A stretch of 64,000 nucleotides of DNA, taken from the IMG/VR virus record IMGVR_UViG_3300031951_000008. One strand, given 5' to 3'. A model generated the notes under the pieces. The model was not told the origin of the DNA and searched no databases. It saw only the letters and a list, made by a program, of their open reading frames with translations. Position numbers and translations under genes: made by a program. Below are positions 36,494 through 46,663 of the stretch, one piece after another (positions within the stretch are counted from its first letter, which is position 1; each line of letters opens with the position of its first letter). The DNA comes from a virus. Taxonomy: Duplodnaviria > Caudoviricetes.

Positions 36494-39139
36494 ATGGCTC
36501 TACTAAAATCAATAGCATCTGGTAACTTCACATCTGCTTCAACGTGGGCCGTTTGCACAGCAGTTAATGATGGTACTGCTACTTCGGCTATTGGGTCATT
36601 GACTACGTATACTCTAACTTCTGCTAGTACCTATTCTTCTACAATTACTGGAAATGCGACTGGAGTTCTACTGAAAATCGCCACTAGACCCTCTACAACA
36701 GGAACGGTAACTGCTGCGTTAGCAAACAATGCGGGTACTATACTTGCAGAATGTACTATGAATGTTACGGATGTAGCAGGTAGTAGCTTACCAACAACTG
36801 GAACTACATCACAATATGGCCATTGGGTATTCTTTAAATTTAATACTCCTGTAGCTATAACTAGCGGAACCTTTTACCGGATCGGATTCAGGACTAGCGT
36901 TGCTTCTACGTTAAGTTTTAATAGAAACAGTTCCAGTGCCGGAGTCCATGCTAGCGCTATTGTTACAGATGTAACACAGGCACCAGCCGCTACTGATAGA
37001 CTAATAATAGTGGGTGACAATGTAGCTGATGCTGTATCTCCTGGGTCTGTAGCAGGCACCAAGGTATCCTATACTGTCACTATGGACAACACAACAACTA
37101 CTCAATTCGGCGACGGTGGTGCTGCTACCCTTCTTGGCATACCTTATTGGAGTTTGTATGTTGGCGATAACGCCACACTAGCCTACGGTAATAATGCAGC
37201 AACAAACTACAATTTAAGAGTGCGGGGTAATGTAGCAGTCGGTGCCGGTGGTGACCTTTATAAGGGCACTTTTACAATGGGTACGGTCGCCGACCCAATA
37301 CCAAGAGATAGTACAGCGACTCTTGAAATTGATAATGCTGCAGCTGGAAGCCACGTTCTTTCTATACAAGGTGGTGTTTTTATAGCTCAAGGTTTGAGCA
37401 GGACAATCGGGAAAGATGTTGATAGGTGCTTGTTAAATGCCGATGCTGCGGCTGGTGCGACTTCTTTAACAGTAGACACGGATACAGGATGGTTAAATGG
37501 AGATCAGATATATATCAGCCAAACTAACAGATCAGCTACTTTGTCTGCTGAAACTAGAACCCTTAATCTAGATGCTACAGCCACCAGTTTGTCAATCACT
37601 CCAAGTCTAACTGCAGCTAGAGAAGGTAATTCTACTATACAAGCTTCTATAGCTCTACTTACTAGAAATGTTGTTATAACGGGAGTCACTAATCAGTTTT
37701 ATGCTTATGTTGTTGGAGCTGGCAGTGTTGTAGATTGTGACTGGGTTAGGTTTAATTTATGCGGGACGGGCACGACTGGTAGGCAGGGCATTTATCTAGA
37801 TGGAAATTCTGCCTTGCTTTCATTCGATCGTTGTATTTTTAGTAATGTATTTAACGGATTGATTTGGTCTACAGCAAATGGCGGAGCCGGGATAACCAAT
37901 TGCATAGTAGCTAGTTGTACAGGCACAGGTATCGTAGCTCAAACTCTAACAGGCATCTCTACTACGATAACTAACCTTTGGTTAATATCTCTATCTGGCG
38001 GTATTGCCATGCGTGACATATTTCCTATCAGTGATATAAGGATTGCCGGGGCTAGTTCCTACGGAATAAGCTTTTCAACATTAGCCACACAGCTAACGTC
38101 TACTGTCACCTTAAGTAATATTGTAATTCATTCTACTCTAAATGGCATACAAGGACAGCTTGCACAAGATATCGACAGGGTTATATTAAGCAATTTACAG
38201 ATACAAAGGTGTACCAGTTCTGGATTTAATATCCAAGCTGCGACTGGTTTTATAGTTGATAACTTTAGAATATGGGGTAATAGTGCCAGAAATATTTATA
38301 ATACCAGTGGTTGCGGAATATGCTATTTCAGAAATGGGTACATAGCTTCACAGGCAGTCAATACTACTATTGCTGGCATAGAGTGGAACACCATAACACA
38401 AGGAGTACTTGTATTTGAGGATTGTCAATTTGGAACAGGTTTTACGGGCGCACAAGCACATACTGGGCAAGACATTTATTTTCCTAACCCTACTTCGGGC
38501 GTTGTCATTTTAAGAAATTGTGTATTAGGAAGTACACCAGAGGTCAGCACTCCAATCTATAACAACGGATATATTATTTCTGAGAATCACGATCAAGTAG
38601 CAGGTGCAAAAAGGGTATATCTTAAAAGGGGAAGAATCGATACTGATACGGCTATTATAAGAAGCGGTAGCCGTTCTTTACGCTTAATACCTAATAGTTT
38701 AGGTACTAAGCTAGAGTATATCTTTGCTAAGAGTGCAGTGGCTTCTGGTACTACTCCAACGATAGGGATTTATGTAAGAAAGAGTGTAGTAGGTGACGGA
38801 GCCGCCTATAACGGAAATCAGCCCAGGCTGATAATACGCCGCAATATATTAGTAGGAATCACAACAGACACTGTAATAGCCACAGCAACGAATGCAGCTA
38901 ATGGTGCATGGGAGCTATTGAGTGGTTCATTGCCTACGTTAACTGGGAATGGCATAGTAGAAATAGAATTGGATTGCGATGGTACTACTGGGTGGGTTAA
39001 TATAGATGATTTCCAAGCACCACCAGCATTAAACACTAAAAGCTTCGAATTTGGTGACGACACCGTGGGGATTACAGCTATTGGAGACAATTCTTACGGC
39101 GGTACCACCTTGATAGGAAAATCTACTTTAATAGGATAA
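36494..39139 (+). CDS. Tail fibre/spike-like protein with G8-like and parallel beta-helix regions
   Basis: T/G/A/S-rich; IASGNFTSASTW; GDQIYISQT..AETRT; LLTRNVVITG; repeated GI.. beta-helix coils. Confidence 0.7.
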   Translation: MALLKSIASGNFTSASTWAVCTAVNDGTATSAIGSLTTYTLTSASTYSSTITGNATGVLLKIATRPSTTGTVTAALANNAGTILAECTMNVTDVAGSSLPTTGTTSQYGHWVFFKFNTPVAITSGTFYRIGFRTSVASTLSFNRNSSSAGVHASAIVTDVTQAPAATDRLIIVGDNVADAVSPGSVAGTKVSYTVTMDNTTTTQFGDGGAATLLGIPYWSLYVGDNATLAYGNNAATNYNLRVRGNVAVGAGGDLYKGTFTMGTVADPIPRDSTATLEIDNAAAGSHVLSIQGGVFIAQGLSRTIGKDVDRCLLNADAAAGATSLTVDTDTGWLNGDQIYISQTNRSATLSAETRTLNLDATATSLSITPSLTAAREGNSTIQASIALLTRNVVITGVTNQFYAYVVGAGSVVDCDWVRFNLCGTGTTGRQGIYLDGNSALLSFDRCIFSNVFNGLIWSTANGGAGITNCIVASCTGTGIVAQTLTGISTTITNLWLISLSGGIAMRDIFPISDIRIAGASSYGISFSTLATQLTSTVTLSNIVIHSTLNGIQGQLAQDIDRVILSNLQIQRCTSSGFNIQAATGFIVDNFRIWGNSARNIYNTSGCGICYFRNGYIASQAVNTTIAGIEWNTITQGVLVFEDCQFGTGFTGAQAHTGQDIYFPNPTSGVVILRNCVLGSTPEVSTPIYNNGYIISENHDQVAGAKRVYLKRGRIDTDTAIIRSGSRSLRLIPNSLGTKLEYIFAKSAVASGTTPTIGIYVRKSVVGDGAAYNGNQPRLIIRRNILVGITTDTVIATATNAANGAWELLSGSLPTLTGNGIVEIELDCDGTTGWVNIDDFQAPPALNTKSFEFGDDTVGITAIGDNSYGGTTLIGKSTLIG

Positions 39140-39142
39140 ATC

Positions 39143-39685
39143 ATGATAGGTAATTTTAAAGTAGGCAGCACAATTAGATACCGCTTTAACACTAGGAAGC
39201 TTGATGGGAATCTAACCAGCTTCGACGGTTCGCCAGCTATAAGCATATATAAAAATTCTACTACTGAGACTACTGCTGGTGTCGTGTTGAACACCAATTA
39301 TGATGGAAGGACCGGCTTCCATGAAGTGGTTATTGATACTTCATCAGATAATGTTTTTTACGTAGCAGGCCAGGATTATGACTTAGTCGTAACATCTGGC
39401 ACGGTAGATTCGATCTCGGTCGTAGGTGAGAAGTTAGAATTTTTCTGCCTTGAAAACAGATTTTTAAATAGCACACTAAGCGAGATAGGCCAAGGCAACC
39501 CACCAGCGAGTTCTAACTTAGTCGACATGGTCAGGTATTTGTACAAAGCTTGGAGAAATAAAAAAACTCAAACTGCTACTCAGTATTCTTTGTACGCAGA
39601 TGACGGTACAACTATCGATCAAAAGTCGACAACTAGCGACGATGGCACAACCACTACTATAGGAGAAATAGGAACGGGGCCATAA
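39143..39685 (+). CDS. Putative structural protein
   Basis: TAGVVLNTNYDGRTGFHEVVID; C-terminal YADDGTT....T.SDDGTTTT motif typical of fibre-associated phage proteins. Confidence 0.6.
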   Translation: MIGNFKVGSTIRYRFNTRKLDGNLTSFDGSPAISIYKNSTTETTAGVVLNTNYDGRTGFHEVVIDTSSDNVFYVAGQDYDLVVTSGTVDSISVVGEKLEFFCLENRFLNSTLSEIGQGNPPASSNLVDMVRYLYKAWRNKKTQTATQYSLYADDGTTIDQKSTTSDDGTTTTIGEIGTGP

Positions 39686-39705
39686 TTATTTAAAGGATTT
39701 GGATT

Positions 39706-40917
39706 TTGAGTTTAAATACGCAACAGAAAAGAGGGAGTGCGATACATATCGGATTCCCTGGCCGGACTTGGATTCAGGTCCCACAGGGGGTGTCGACTAA
39801 GCAAAGCCGCCTCTCTTTTGTTGGCTATGCGTCTGTCGGTGGCGGCAATGTTATATTATCTACAACAGATGCTAAGTTATACTTACTGGCTTACCAGTTG
39901 CAGACCGCAGATTCACTTTTACGTAGTACAACAATATTAACAAGTGCTACAGATTCGTTACTGCAAAGTAGTAACGAAATTTATCAATCTACTGATACAC
40001 TATTGGTACAGACTAATAGTAGCACATATACTACTGACTCTAGTTTAAAGAGTCTTAACAGTGCAGTACAATCGACAGATACTTTGCTTGTCAAGAACTT
40101 TAGCACTTCGCACTCAACAGATATATCTGTTTCTAGTGCCAGTTTTGCCAGTACGACCACTGACACATTATTAAAAGGGTCAGTAGCCAATCAACAATAT
40201 GTAGACGCTTTACTTAAACGGACTAGTGTAAGGTCACATACGACTAATTCTTTATTGAGAACGACCGTTGACAAGAGCTTAAGCACTGATTCATTGCTTA
40301 AATTGAAGACTGTTATACAACAAACTACGTCTAGTTTGCTTAAGGCCACATTTGTACCATACCAAAGCATTAGCTCTTTGCTAAAAAGAACTAGTACGAA
40401 AACAACGACTGCTGACTCTTTATTAAGATCCACTTTTATTAAACAACATGCAGTAGATTCTTTGCTTAAAGCGAGGAATGTTGTTAGTAATTATTCACAA
40501 TCGAGGTTAAAAGGCCAGCTCGATCTTGTAAATTACACTAACGCTCTTTTGAGGCTGAATAGTGTTCAGGCACTGACTACTAACGCTTTGTTAAAGCAGG
40601 CCAAGCAATCTAGCCATTACACCTCTAGCTGGCTTAAGCTGACTAGTACACGCACAGCTAAGACCGATTCTAGGCTGAAGTCTACTAATGAGAAGCAGCA
40701 GACTACAGGTGCCCTTTTAAAATCAACTAACACAGAGGTTCAGCAAGCTAATGCATTGCTACGAGGAAGGTTTACAAATGCCCATAATACTGTTGCTAGA
40801 TTAAAGTCTACATTTATAGTTAATCATAGCACTAACGCATACTTAATGCCGGATGCGTTAAATGGTATCTATACAGAGTCGACTTTCGATGCTGATATAT
40901 GGTGTTCAGTATATTAA
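39706..40917 (+). CDS. Fibre-like protein with about 24 tandem 14-aa repeats
   Basis: Period-14 x-(S/T)-(T/A)-(D/N)-(S/A/T)-L-L-(K/R) repeats from about aa 52 to 387. Confidence 0.7.
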   Translation: MSLNTQQKRGSAIHIGFPGRTWIQVPQGVSTKQSRLSFVGYASVGGGNVILSTTDAKLYLLAYQLQTADSLLRSTTILTSATDSLLQSSNEIYQSTDTLLVQTNSSTYTTDSSLKSLNSAVQSTDTLLVKNFSTSHSTDISVSSASFASTTTDTLLKGSVANQQYVDALLKRTSVRSHTTNSLLRTTVDKSLSTDSLLKLKTVIQQTTSSLLKATFVPYQSISSLLKRTSTKTTTADSLLRSTFIKQHAVDSLLKARNVVSNYSQSRLKGQLDLVNYTNALLRLNSVQALTTNALLKQAKQSSHYTSSWLKLTSTRTAKTDSRLKSTNEKQQTTGALLKSTNTEVQQANALLRGRFTNAHNTVARLKSTFIVNHSTNAYLMPDALNGIYTESTFDADIWCSVY

Positions 40918-42404
40918 AATTGAACATCAAGATCTCTGAACGAGCATACACCGGTTTGACCTAATGCGGAGTAATCTCCTAAGGTACCGCGTTTATTAGT
41001 CTTGCCTATCAACAAAGTTGTCGGATTGCCTGATAGAACTGATGTTGGCACGGTGATAACAGTCGTCCAAACGCCATCTCCCATTATTTCTCCGACATAA
41101 GTATTGTTCTCTCTTTTTATTCTTAGAATATACTCTTTGTTTGGCATAACTCTACCAATACCTGTAGTTTCTTTGCCATTAAGTGTAGCCGCGTAAGTAT
41201 TCTTACGTCTTAGGTTTATCTTAAGGTTACGGTCAGCGGGCCATAAGACCGACATTCCCGGTCCCCATGATAGCCCTTGGTCGGTGCCGGTGTTTACGGT
41301 AACTCTGATAGACTTAAACGAGCCTATATTACGTTGTATAACGCAATAGGCATTCGCCGGAGAATTGATTTCTATAGAATCTGGCTTAGTAGCAATTCTT
41401 CCGTGTACGGTAGCGGTCTGCCATTTTCCATCATCTAGCTCAAATGAAGGATTAAGCGACGCACCAGGATTATACAAGCTCAACCCATATCTATTGACAA
41501 CGGTGGATATGGGGTTTGCTATTGTCACCTTATCCGATCCGGCGAAAAGCAATGCTACAGCGTTCATATTCATATCTAGTATTAAGCTGCCTGAGTCTCC
41601 GCCGTCACTCATGCTAGTCAGAACAACACAATTATTAAACCTAGCTGGCCCGAAGTCGTATCCGATTGTGAAAGTAGCACTCAAGCCGATGATACGACCA
41701 GTAGTATATCCTGTTGTTCGACCTACTTTTTGTACGGGGGTGTTGACCGCTGGTGTCGCAAAGCCAGCTAGTGGCCTATTGATAGTCGGATATAATAGAT
41801 TAACCATCCCTGAACTGATGAATGATTCATGGATGCGGGCAATGGCTGAATCTTGGACGTTGCCGTCAGCATTCAATTTAACATAATCTTTGAGTGTTGC
41901 GAAATATGGTGAATTACTAGGGGATTGATTCCAACCCGTGAATTCCATATTCCCACGGCTATCGAGGGTACCAGGCTGATATATGACATCGCCTATCTTT
42001 GCAGCGTTTTCATTGGCTAGGACGTGATTGTTACTTAAGACTACTGGATGCTTATCTTTGTCGAGGAAAATGCCACCTATCGTCCCTGCTGTAACACTTC
42101 TGTGGCTGCAGCTATAACCTGGCTGTATTGGCCGGATCTTGCTAGTATAGCCCTGTTTAACTATGTCGCCTACTTCTATAACGTCGGTCGGAATGCCATC
42201 AATTCGATCTGGTATCAATTCAGACGCAGAGAATTTACCGATAACGTTAGCTTTGGTAGATTTCTTCTGCACGAACACAAGTATAGCTGGTGAATCGGTT
42301 GGCTTACCATCAACCCATTTGTGTCCTACACCAATGCCGTTGACGGATTTGAGACCAATAAATTGTTCAGTAACTGATTCTTTAACAGCTAATACATCAT
42401 CCAT
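40914..42404 (-). CDS. Nal1-like trypsin-fold serine protease with extra C-terminal domain
   Basis: N-terminal GIGVGHK..DGKPT...I.VFV.KK; AGTIGG, LSNNHVLA (His), DSAIA (Asp), VQKVGRTTGYTTG, GGDSGS (Ser). Confidence 0.82.
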   Translation of the reverse strand: MDDVLAVKESVTEQFIGLKSVNGIGVGHKWVDGKPTDSPAILVFVQKKSTKANVIGKFSASELIPDRIDGIPTDVIEVGDIVKQGYTSKIRPIQPGYSCSHRSVTAGTIGGIFLDKDKHPVVLSNNHVLANENAAKIGDVIYQPGTLDSRGNMEFTGWNQSPSNSPYFATLKDYVKLNADGNVQDSAIARIHESFISSGMVNLLYPTINRPLAGFATPAVNTPVQKVGRTTGYTTGRIIGLSATFTIGYDFGPARFNNCVVLTSMSDGGDSGSLILDMNMNAVALLFAGSDKVTIANPISTVVNRYGLSLYNPGASLNPSFELDDGKWQTATVHGRIATKPDSIEINSPANAYCVIQRNIGSFKSIRVTVNTGTDQGLSWGPGMSVLWPADRNLKINLRRKNTYAATLNGKETTGIGRVMPNKEYILRIKRENNTYVGEIMGDGVWTTVITVPTSVLSGNPTTLLIGKTNKRGTLGDYSALGQTGVCSFRDLDVQF

Positions 42405-42429
42405 ATTTCATCTCCTTAGATAACTAAGA

Positions 42430-42437
42430 TAATTTTG
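42430..42437 (-). promoter_or_regulatory. Candidate late-promoter motif CAAAnnTA (CAAAATTA on minus strand)
   Basis: Upstream of the protease gene and its AAGGAG RBS. Confidence 0.45.
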
Positions 42438-42452
42438 ATTATCTATAGGGTT

Positions 42453-42460
42453 CAAATCTA
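42453..42460 (+). promoter_or_regulatory. Candidate late-promoter motif CAAAnnTA (CAAATCTA)
   Basis: Upstream of the collagen-containing structural gene 42486. Confidence 0.45.
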
Positions 42461-42485
42461 TTTTAGTACATAAGAAAGCAATATT

Positions 42486-44072
42486 ATGGAATGCGGCAAT
42501 AGCACAATATTACCTAATGGAATATGCGCCCTTTTACCCTCAATACCGGTAGATGGCCAGGTCTTTATAGACAGCGAGCTGGTAAAATGGGTTTACAATG
42601 CTCAAAGCGACCTATGGGAAAGGTCCGGGACTGCGACTACCGTACCACTTGCTACAGATCAGTCTGTTGGCTATATGTCTTATACAGATAAAAACCTGCT
42701 AGACAGTATACCAGCGGTTCCTGGTGGTTTCGGCATCATAACCGATACTAAGCTATTATTACAAAGCGACACTAACCCAGACGGTGTAATAAGTGGCGAT
42801 ATTAAACTAGTAAGCGACAGCATTGACATATCGTGTGTAGATGAAAGCGACGAAGCAATCAATTACACACCTACTACCCTTGGTTGCCCATCCGCGATCG
42901 GAGAATCAAGACTACCAGGGTTACAATTCAGGCTCAGTGACAAGTTCATAAAAACTCTAATAGTAAATCTTCCAGGCAATATAGGCCGAAAGGGCGATAA
43001 GGGGGATAAAGGAGAGCAAGGAGAACCGGGATTTGCAGGCGGACCAGCAGGGCGGCCAGGCAATCCAGGAGTGAGCATTGATTATACAGATAGTTTGAGT
43101 GGCACTTACTACAACGATATTGATGGAGTTACAGATACCGCTATAGTCAACTTGGAAATAGTCGACGACGGCTCTGGATGTAAACTCGTTGTGTCCAAGT
43201 CTAAGCTGAATGTGTCAAATGCCCAAGTTGCCGATAAAGTCATAGCATCTCCGATTTCCAGAACAGTTAGTTTTGCCAGTGCTGGCGATTGTCCAACTGG
43301 CTTGAAAGAGTTTAGTCTTGCTAAGGTCGGTAGCGATGACGCACCAGTAAATGTTAGCTTAGTAAGGCTACCTAACGGCTCTGATAGAGCTACGGAGCCT
43401 GTTAGCTTTAATCCGACATATACACTAAGCGAATATGTTAACAGCATAGTTAGCGAATACCGTAAGCTGTTAGAAAGTGTCGATGAAGCCTACGGCAAAG
43501 AGGCAAAAGAATATGTTGAGAATATTGATTCAAAAGCACGTCAGATATTAAGCAATTTAGCCGGTGATCTGGCTAGTTGTGAGTTTAATCTGCCTGCAGT
43601 AGAGTACTGTATAACATTTAGAGGGTGCGATCAACCAGCCCAACCACCAGAGCCTCCCCAGCCTCCACAACCACCTACGCCCCCAGAGCCGCCTACGCCT
43701 CCTTCTACGGACTGTGCGTTCAAACTTAATCCATATGTTAACGGAGCAACGTCTAATACTAAGAGCATGTTAGAAGGCTCTGTGCTACAATTCGAATTAA
43801 GCGGTACCGGAGGCGGGTGCGGCCCATTTGACAGTAGCAATTGGACTTGGACAATAGAACCCGGAGTCGATTCTCCTGTTAGTTCCGCAGACTTTAAGCA
43901 GATGTCTGGCACTTTCAAGGTCACGAATGGTAAAGGATATTTTACCATTGAAGCTTTATTAGATACGCTTTTAGAGCCTACAGAGACTTTTAACGTAGTA
44001 TGTGCTCTTCCAAGAACCGCTGCGACTGCATCTTACGGTCCCATGAAGCTAACTGGTATTGCAGGGCCTTGA
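42486..44072 (+). CDS. Structural/fibre protein with collagen-like segment and Pro-rich linker
   Basis: LAT...GYMS..D..LLD motif; GNIGRKGDKGDKGEQGEPG; QPPEPPQPPQPPTPP linker; C-terminal Calx-beta/Ig-like segment (DTLLEPTETF). Confidence 0.65.
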   Translation: MECGNSTILPNGICALLPSIPVDGQVFIDSELVKWVYNAQSDLWERSGTATTVPLATDQSVGYMSYTDKNLLDSIPAVPGGFGIITDTKLLLQSDTNPDGVISGDIKLVSDSIDISCVDESDEAINYTPTTLGCPSAIGESRLPGLQFRLSDKFIKTLIVNLPGNIGRKGDKGDKGEQGEPGFAGGPAGRPGNPGVSIDYTDSLSGTYYNDIDGVTDTAIVNLEIVDDGSGCKLVVSKSKLNVSNAQVADKVIASPISRTVSFASAGDCPTGLKEFSLAKVGSDDAPVNVSLVRLPNGSDRATEPVSFNPTYTLSEYVNSIVSEYRKLLESVDEAYGKEAKEYVENIDSKARQILSNLAGDLASCEFNLPAVEYCITFRGCDQPAQPPEPPQPPQPPTPPEPPTPPSTDCAFKLNPYVNGATSNTKSMLEGSVLQFELSGTGGGCGPFDSSNWTWTIEPGVDSPVSSADFKQMSGTFKVTNGKGYFTIEALLDTLLEPTETFNVVCALPRTAATASYGPMKLTGIAGP

Positions 44073-44078
44073 AAGTAA

Positions 44079-46154
44079 ATGACAGATAACCTATTTCCCG
44101 AAAATCCGACGCATGGGATGATCTTCGAACAGAAGAATGGAGTTTTATACCAGTATGATGCTACAATCAAATCATGGTTAAAGCTGGCAAGCGATAATTT
44201 AAAAATGTCTCTGGCAACATCGGTCAGTGACGGGGCAATGTCGGCCCAAGACTTGCAAAAACTTAATCGATTAGTCTTTCCAGTTCCACAATCATCTGTA
44301 GCTGGTAATAATTGTATATCGCCTTTTACTAACGGCGTAATCCAACTACGAAGTGGAGATAGCTTTCTAAGTGTGGAGGCTAATTCTAAGCTATCTAATA
44401 TAGATCAATATGGAGACTATATTGAAAAATCTTTCAAATCGCAAATACATCAGCATACTTATCTGATCGACTTCGGTTTGGATGTAAGATCACTAATAAG
44501 CGAATTGGAGAAGAGAGGGCAGATAAAGTTAGAAGGCTCACGAGGGCCTACTGGCGACGAGGGCGAACCAGGAGACCCTGGCGTTAATAATATAATTTCA
44601 GGCCCACAAGGTACCAAGGGGGTATCTGGTTCTGCACCTGCGTGTGGTTTAACTATAGAGACGGAACCGATAGATACTCAACCGATCACTGGCTTAAACA
44701 GAGCTTTAGTCGATGTTCGTGTGGTTCCTGATACTGTAAAAGCAAATCAATATAGTATTGTATTTGATAGGCAAATCGTCGGTAAGCCGGATGCCAGTGC
44801 AAGTCAATTCAATTTAAAACAGATACCTAGTACTTGGGTGTTAGCTGTTGGTGTAGCTGCGGACACTGCTATTGTTGAGCCGGTGAAGGTCGAAGCCTCG
44901 ACTGTCGATTGCGGGTTACCAGGCGTAACGCCCCCGACTAGCACATCTCTCAGCTATAGTTTGTACTACCTAGATATGCAGCCGATAATGGATAGTATTC
45001 ACAGTCAATTTATTGATGAACTGAGCGCATTGAAGAAAAGCTACGAGAAGGCTGTGTTAGACTGGCTCCAGAAAATGTCGGACCTGTTTGATGAGCAAAA
45101 GAGAGCATTATGTTGTGCATTAGAAAGATGCATATCTCTCACTAAAAACGATGCGTTACGGCAGCATATGGAGTCTGTAGCGGCTGCGGCTGTTGGTAAG
45201 GCTAAAATTAAGCTGCATAACCGCGACAGTGCCGAATCTGTTGAGATATCAAGCACTAGATTATTGACTAAGATAGACGCAGAAGATCTGTGCGAGAATG
45301 GCCCAGAATTCCCCCAAGATCCTGCAGAAGCGGCGAGAGCATCGGCTGCAGTTCAGAAAGCAAGTATATCAGACAATAATGTGTCTATAATCACCGTCAA
45401 GGTCGATCCGCTTTTGAATTCTAACTTATCTTCTGCTGTTAAAGTGTCAATACCTGAAGGACGGTACGTAGCGACTATTTTGAATACTGATGCAATGGTT
45501 AATGGCAAGCATAGAGCCAATGTAAGAATTCAGCATATAACAGGCGGGAGTTTAAGTATTACTTCATTTATGGATAAGGGATCTTATGAGAGATCATATG
45601 AAGCACAGGCCGCCTACAGGGGTTTGACTATAGAATTTAACCACGATGGAGGCCCTGTTGATTTATTCTTACCTTCATTCCAGTCTCAGGAAACTTCTGG
45701 CAACATTATCGTTCAGTTGGCTAAGGTCAATAAGAAGAATATTATATCGAAGCCTAAGACCGATACTCCACTAGATTCGGGCGCATGCTCAATGCCTGCA
45801 TCACAGCTTGCTTGGTACGAAAAATCGTGGCAAGAAGGCAAGGCCTGTGGCTGTGTCGTTAAACTAAATGGGCAAGATTATATAGTAGTAAAGAGATCGA
45901 TTGATCCCGATGATAGCTGTGGCGGTCGTGAGACTTTACGCTCAGAATGCATGCAGAGGTTCACGGTCGATAATGTACCACCAGCAATCGCATGGCCTAC
46001 TTTTGATGGCGAGAACTTTATTGCTAAGCCTAGAGGCCAAGCTTATTTTGTGCACGACCCAGACTTGAACAAGGTCATATTAGATAAAATAAGTACTGGC
46101 GAAGCTACACAGCTTAAAGGCACATTTAACATTATATTGTTTCCGACAGTATGA
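44079..46154 (+). CDS. Structural/fibre protein, paralogue of 42486
   Basis: FPENPTHGMIF, LATSVSDGAMSAQDLQKL, GPTGDEGEPGDPG; same domain order as the upstream gene. Confidence 0.65.
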   Translation: MTDNLFPENPTHGMIFEQKNGVLYQYDATIKSWLKLASDNLKMSLATSVSDGAMSAQDLQKLNRLVFPVPQSSVAGNNCISPFTNGVIQLRSGDSFLSVEANSKLSNIDQYGDYIEKSFKSQIHQHTYLIDFGLDVRSLISELEKRGQIKLEGSRGPTGDEGEPGDPGVNNIISGPQGTKGVSGSAPACGLTIETEPIDTQPITGLNRALVDVRVVPDTVKANQYSIVFDRQIVGKPDASASQFNLKQIPSTWVLAVGVAADTAIVEPVKVEASTVDCGLPGVTPPTSTSLSYSLYYLDMQPIMDSIHSQFIDELSALKKSYEKAVLDWLQKMSDLFDEQKRALCCALERCISLTKNDALRQHMESVAAAAVGKAKIKLHNRDSAESVEISSTRLLTKIDAEDLCENGPEFPQDPAEAARASAAVQKASISDNNVSIITVKVDPLLNSNLSSAVKVSIPEGRYVATILNTDAMVNGKHRANVRIQHITGGSLSITSFMDKGSYERSYEAQAAYRGLTIEFNHDGGPVDLFLPSFQSQETSGNIIVQLAKVNKKNIISKPKTDTPLDSGACSMPASQLAWYEKSWQEGKACGCVVKLNGQDYIVVKRSIDPDDSCGGRETLRSECMQRFTVDNVPPAIAWPTFDGENFIAKPRGQAYFVHDPDLNKVILDKISTGEATQLKGTFNIILFPTV

Positions 46155-46663
46155 AGCTGAAAGTCGACCAATTCTGCTCTCTCGCTACTTCCCCCTCATG
46201 GCAGGCATGGCTATATAGATATAATCCAGAAATATACGCAGATTTTATACAGAAGATAAAATTAAATAATAGCTGTACGCGTAATAAAGAATACATGACG
46301 GATGTTCTTACTAAGATCAATCAAGTAGGAGGTGGAGACGACTTATGTGACTTCTTGCTTAATCATTACCCTTATGTGATTGATGGAATAGATTTCACCG
46401 CAGTGAAGCCTAACAGGCCAGTTTTCGAGTATTATAACCCAGATATTTTAACATTCCCAAGACGGATCATTTTTACAGGTAGTAACCTGAAGAGACAAGT
46501 AAATTCTTTTGTTATAGATAAAATAAAATATGACAGCATCATAGTAGATGGTGTAGCGTATGTAGAATATCTGACGAGCGAAGATAAAGGTATCATAGAT
46601 TCTATCCCAAGTGAAAATTGGCAAATTGCCTCTTATCGGCTCGCAGGTTTGGAAAGAATATGA
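46151..46663 (+). CDS. Hypothetical protein
   Basis: 170-aa ORF coupled to its neighbours. Confidence 0.55.
   Translation: MKLKVDQFCSLATSPSWQAWLYRYNPEIYADFIQKIKLNNSCTRNKEYMTDVLTKINQVGGGDDLCDFLLNHYPYVIDGIDFTAVKPNRPVFEYYNPDILTFPRRIIFTGSNLKRQVNSFVIDKIKYDSIIVDGVAYVEYLTSEDKGIIDSIPSENWQIASYRLAGLERI

Noticed and set aside
41365-41886. 173-aa plus-strand ORF within the protease gene
   Set aside because: Shadow of a well-supported minus-strand CDS.
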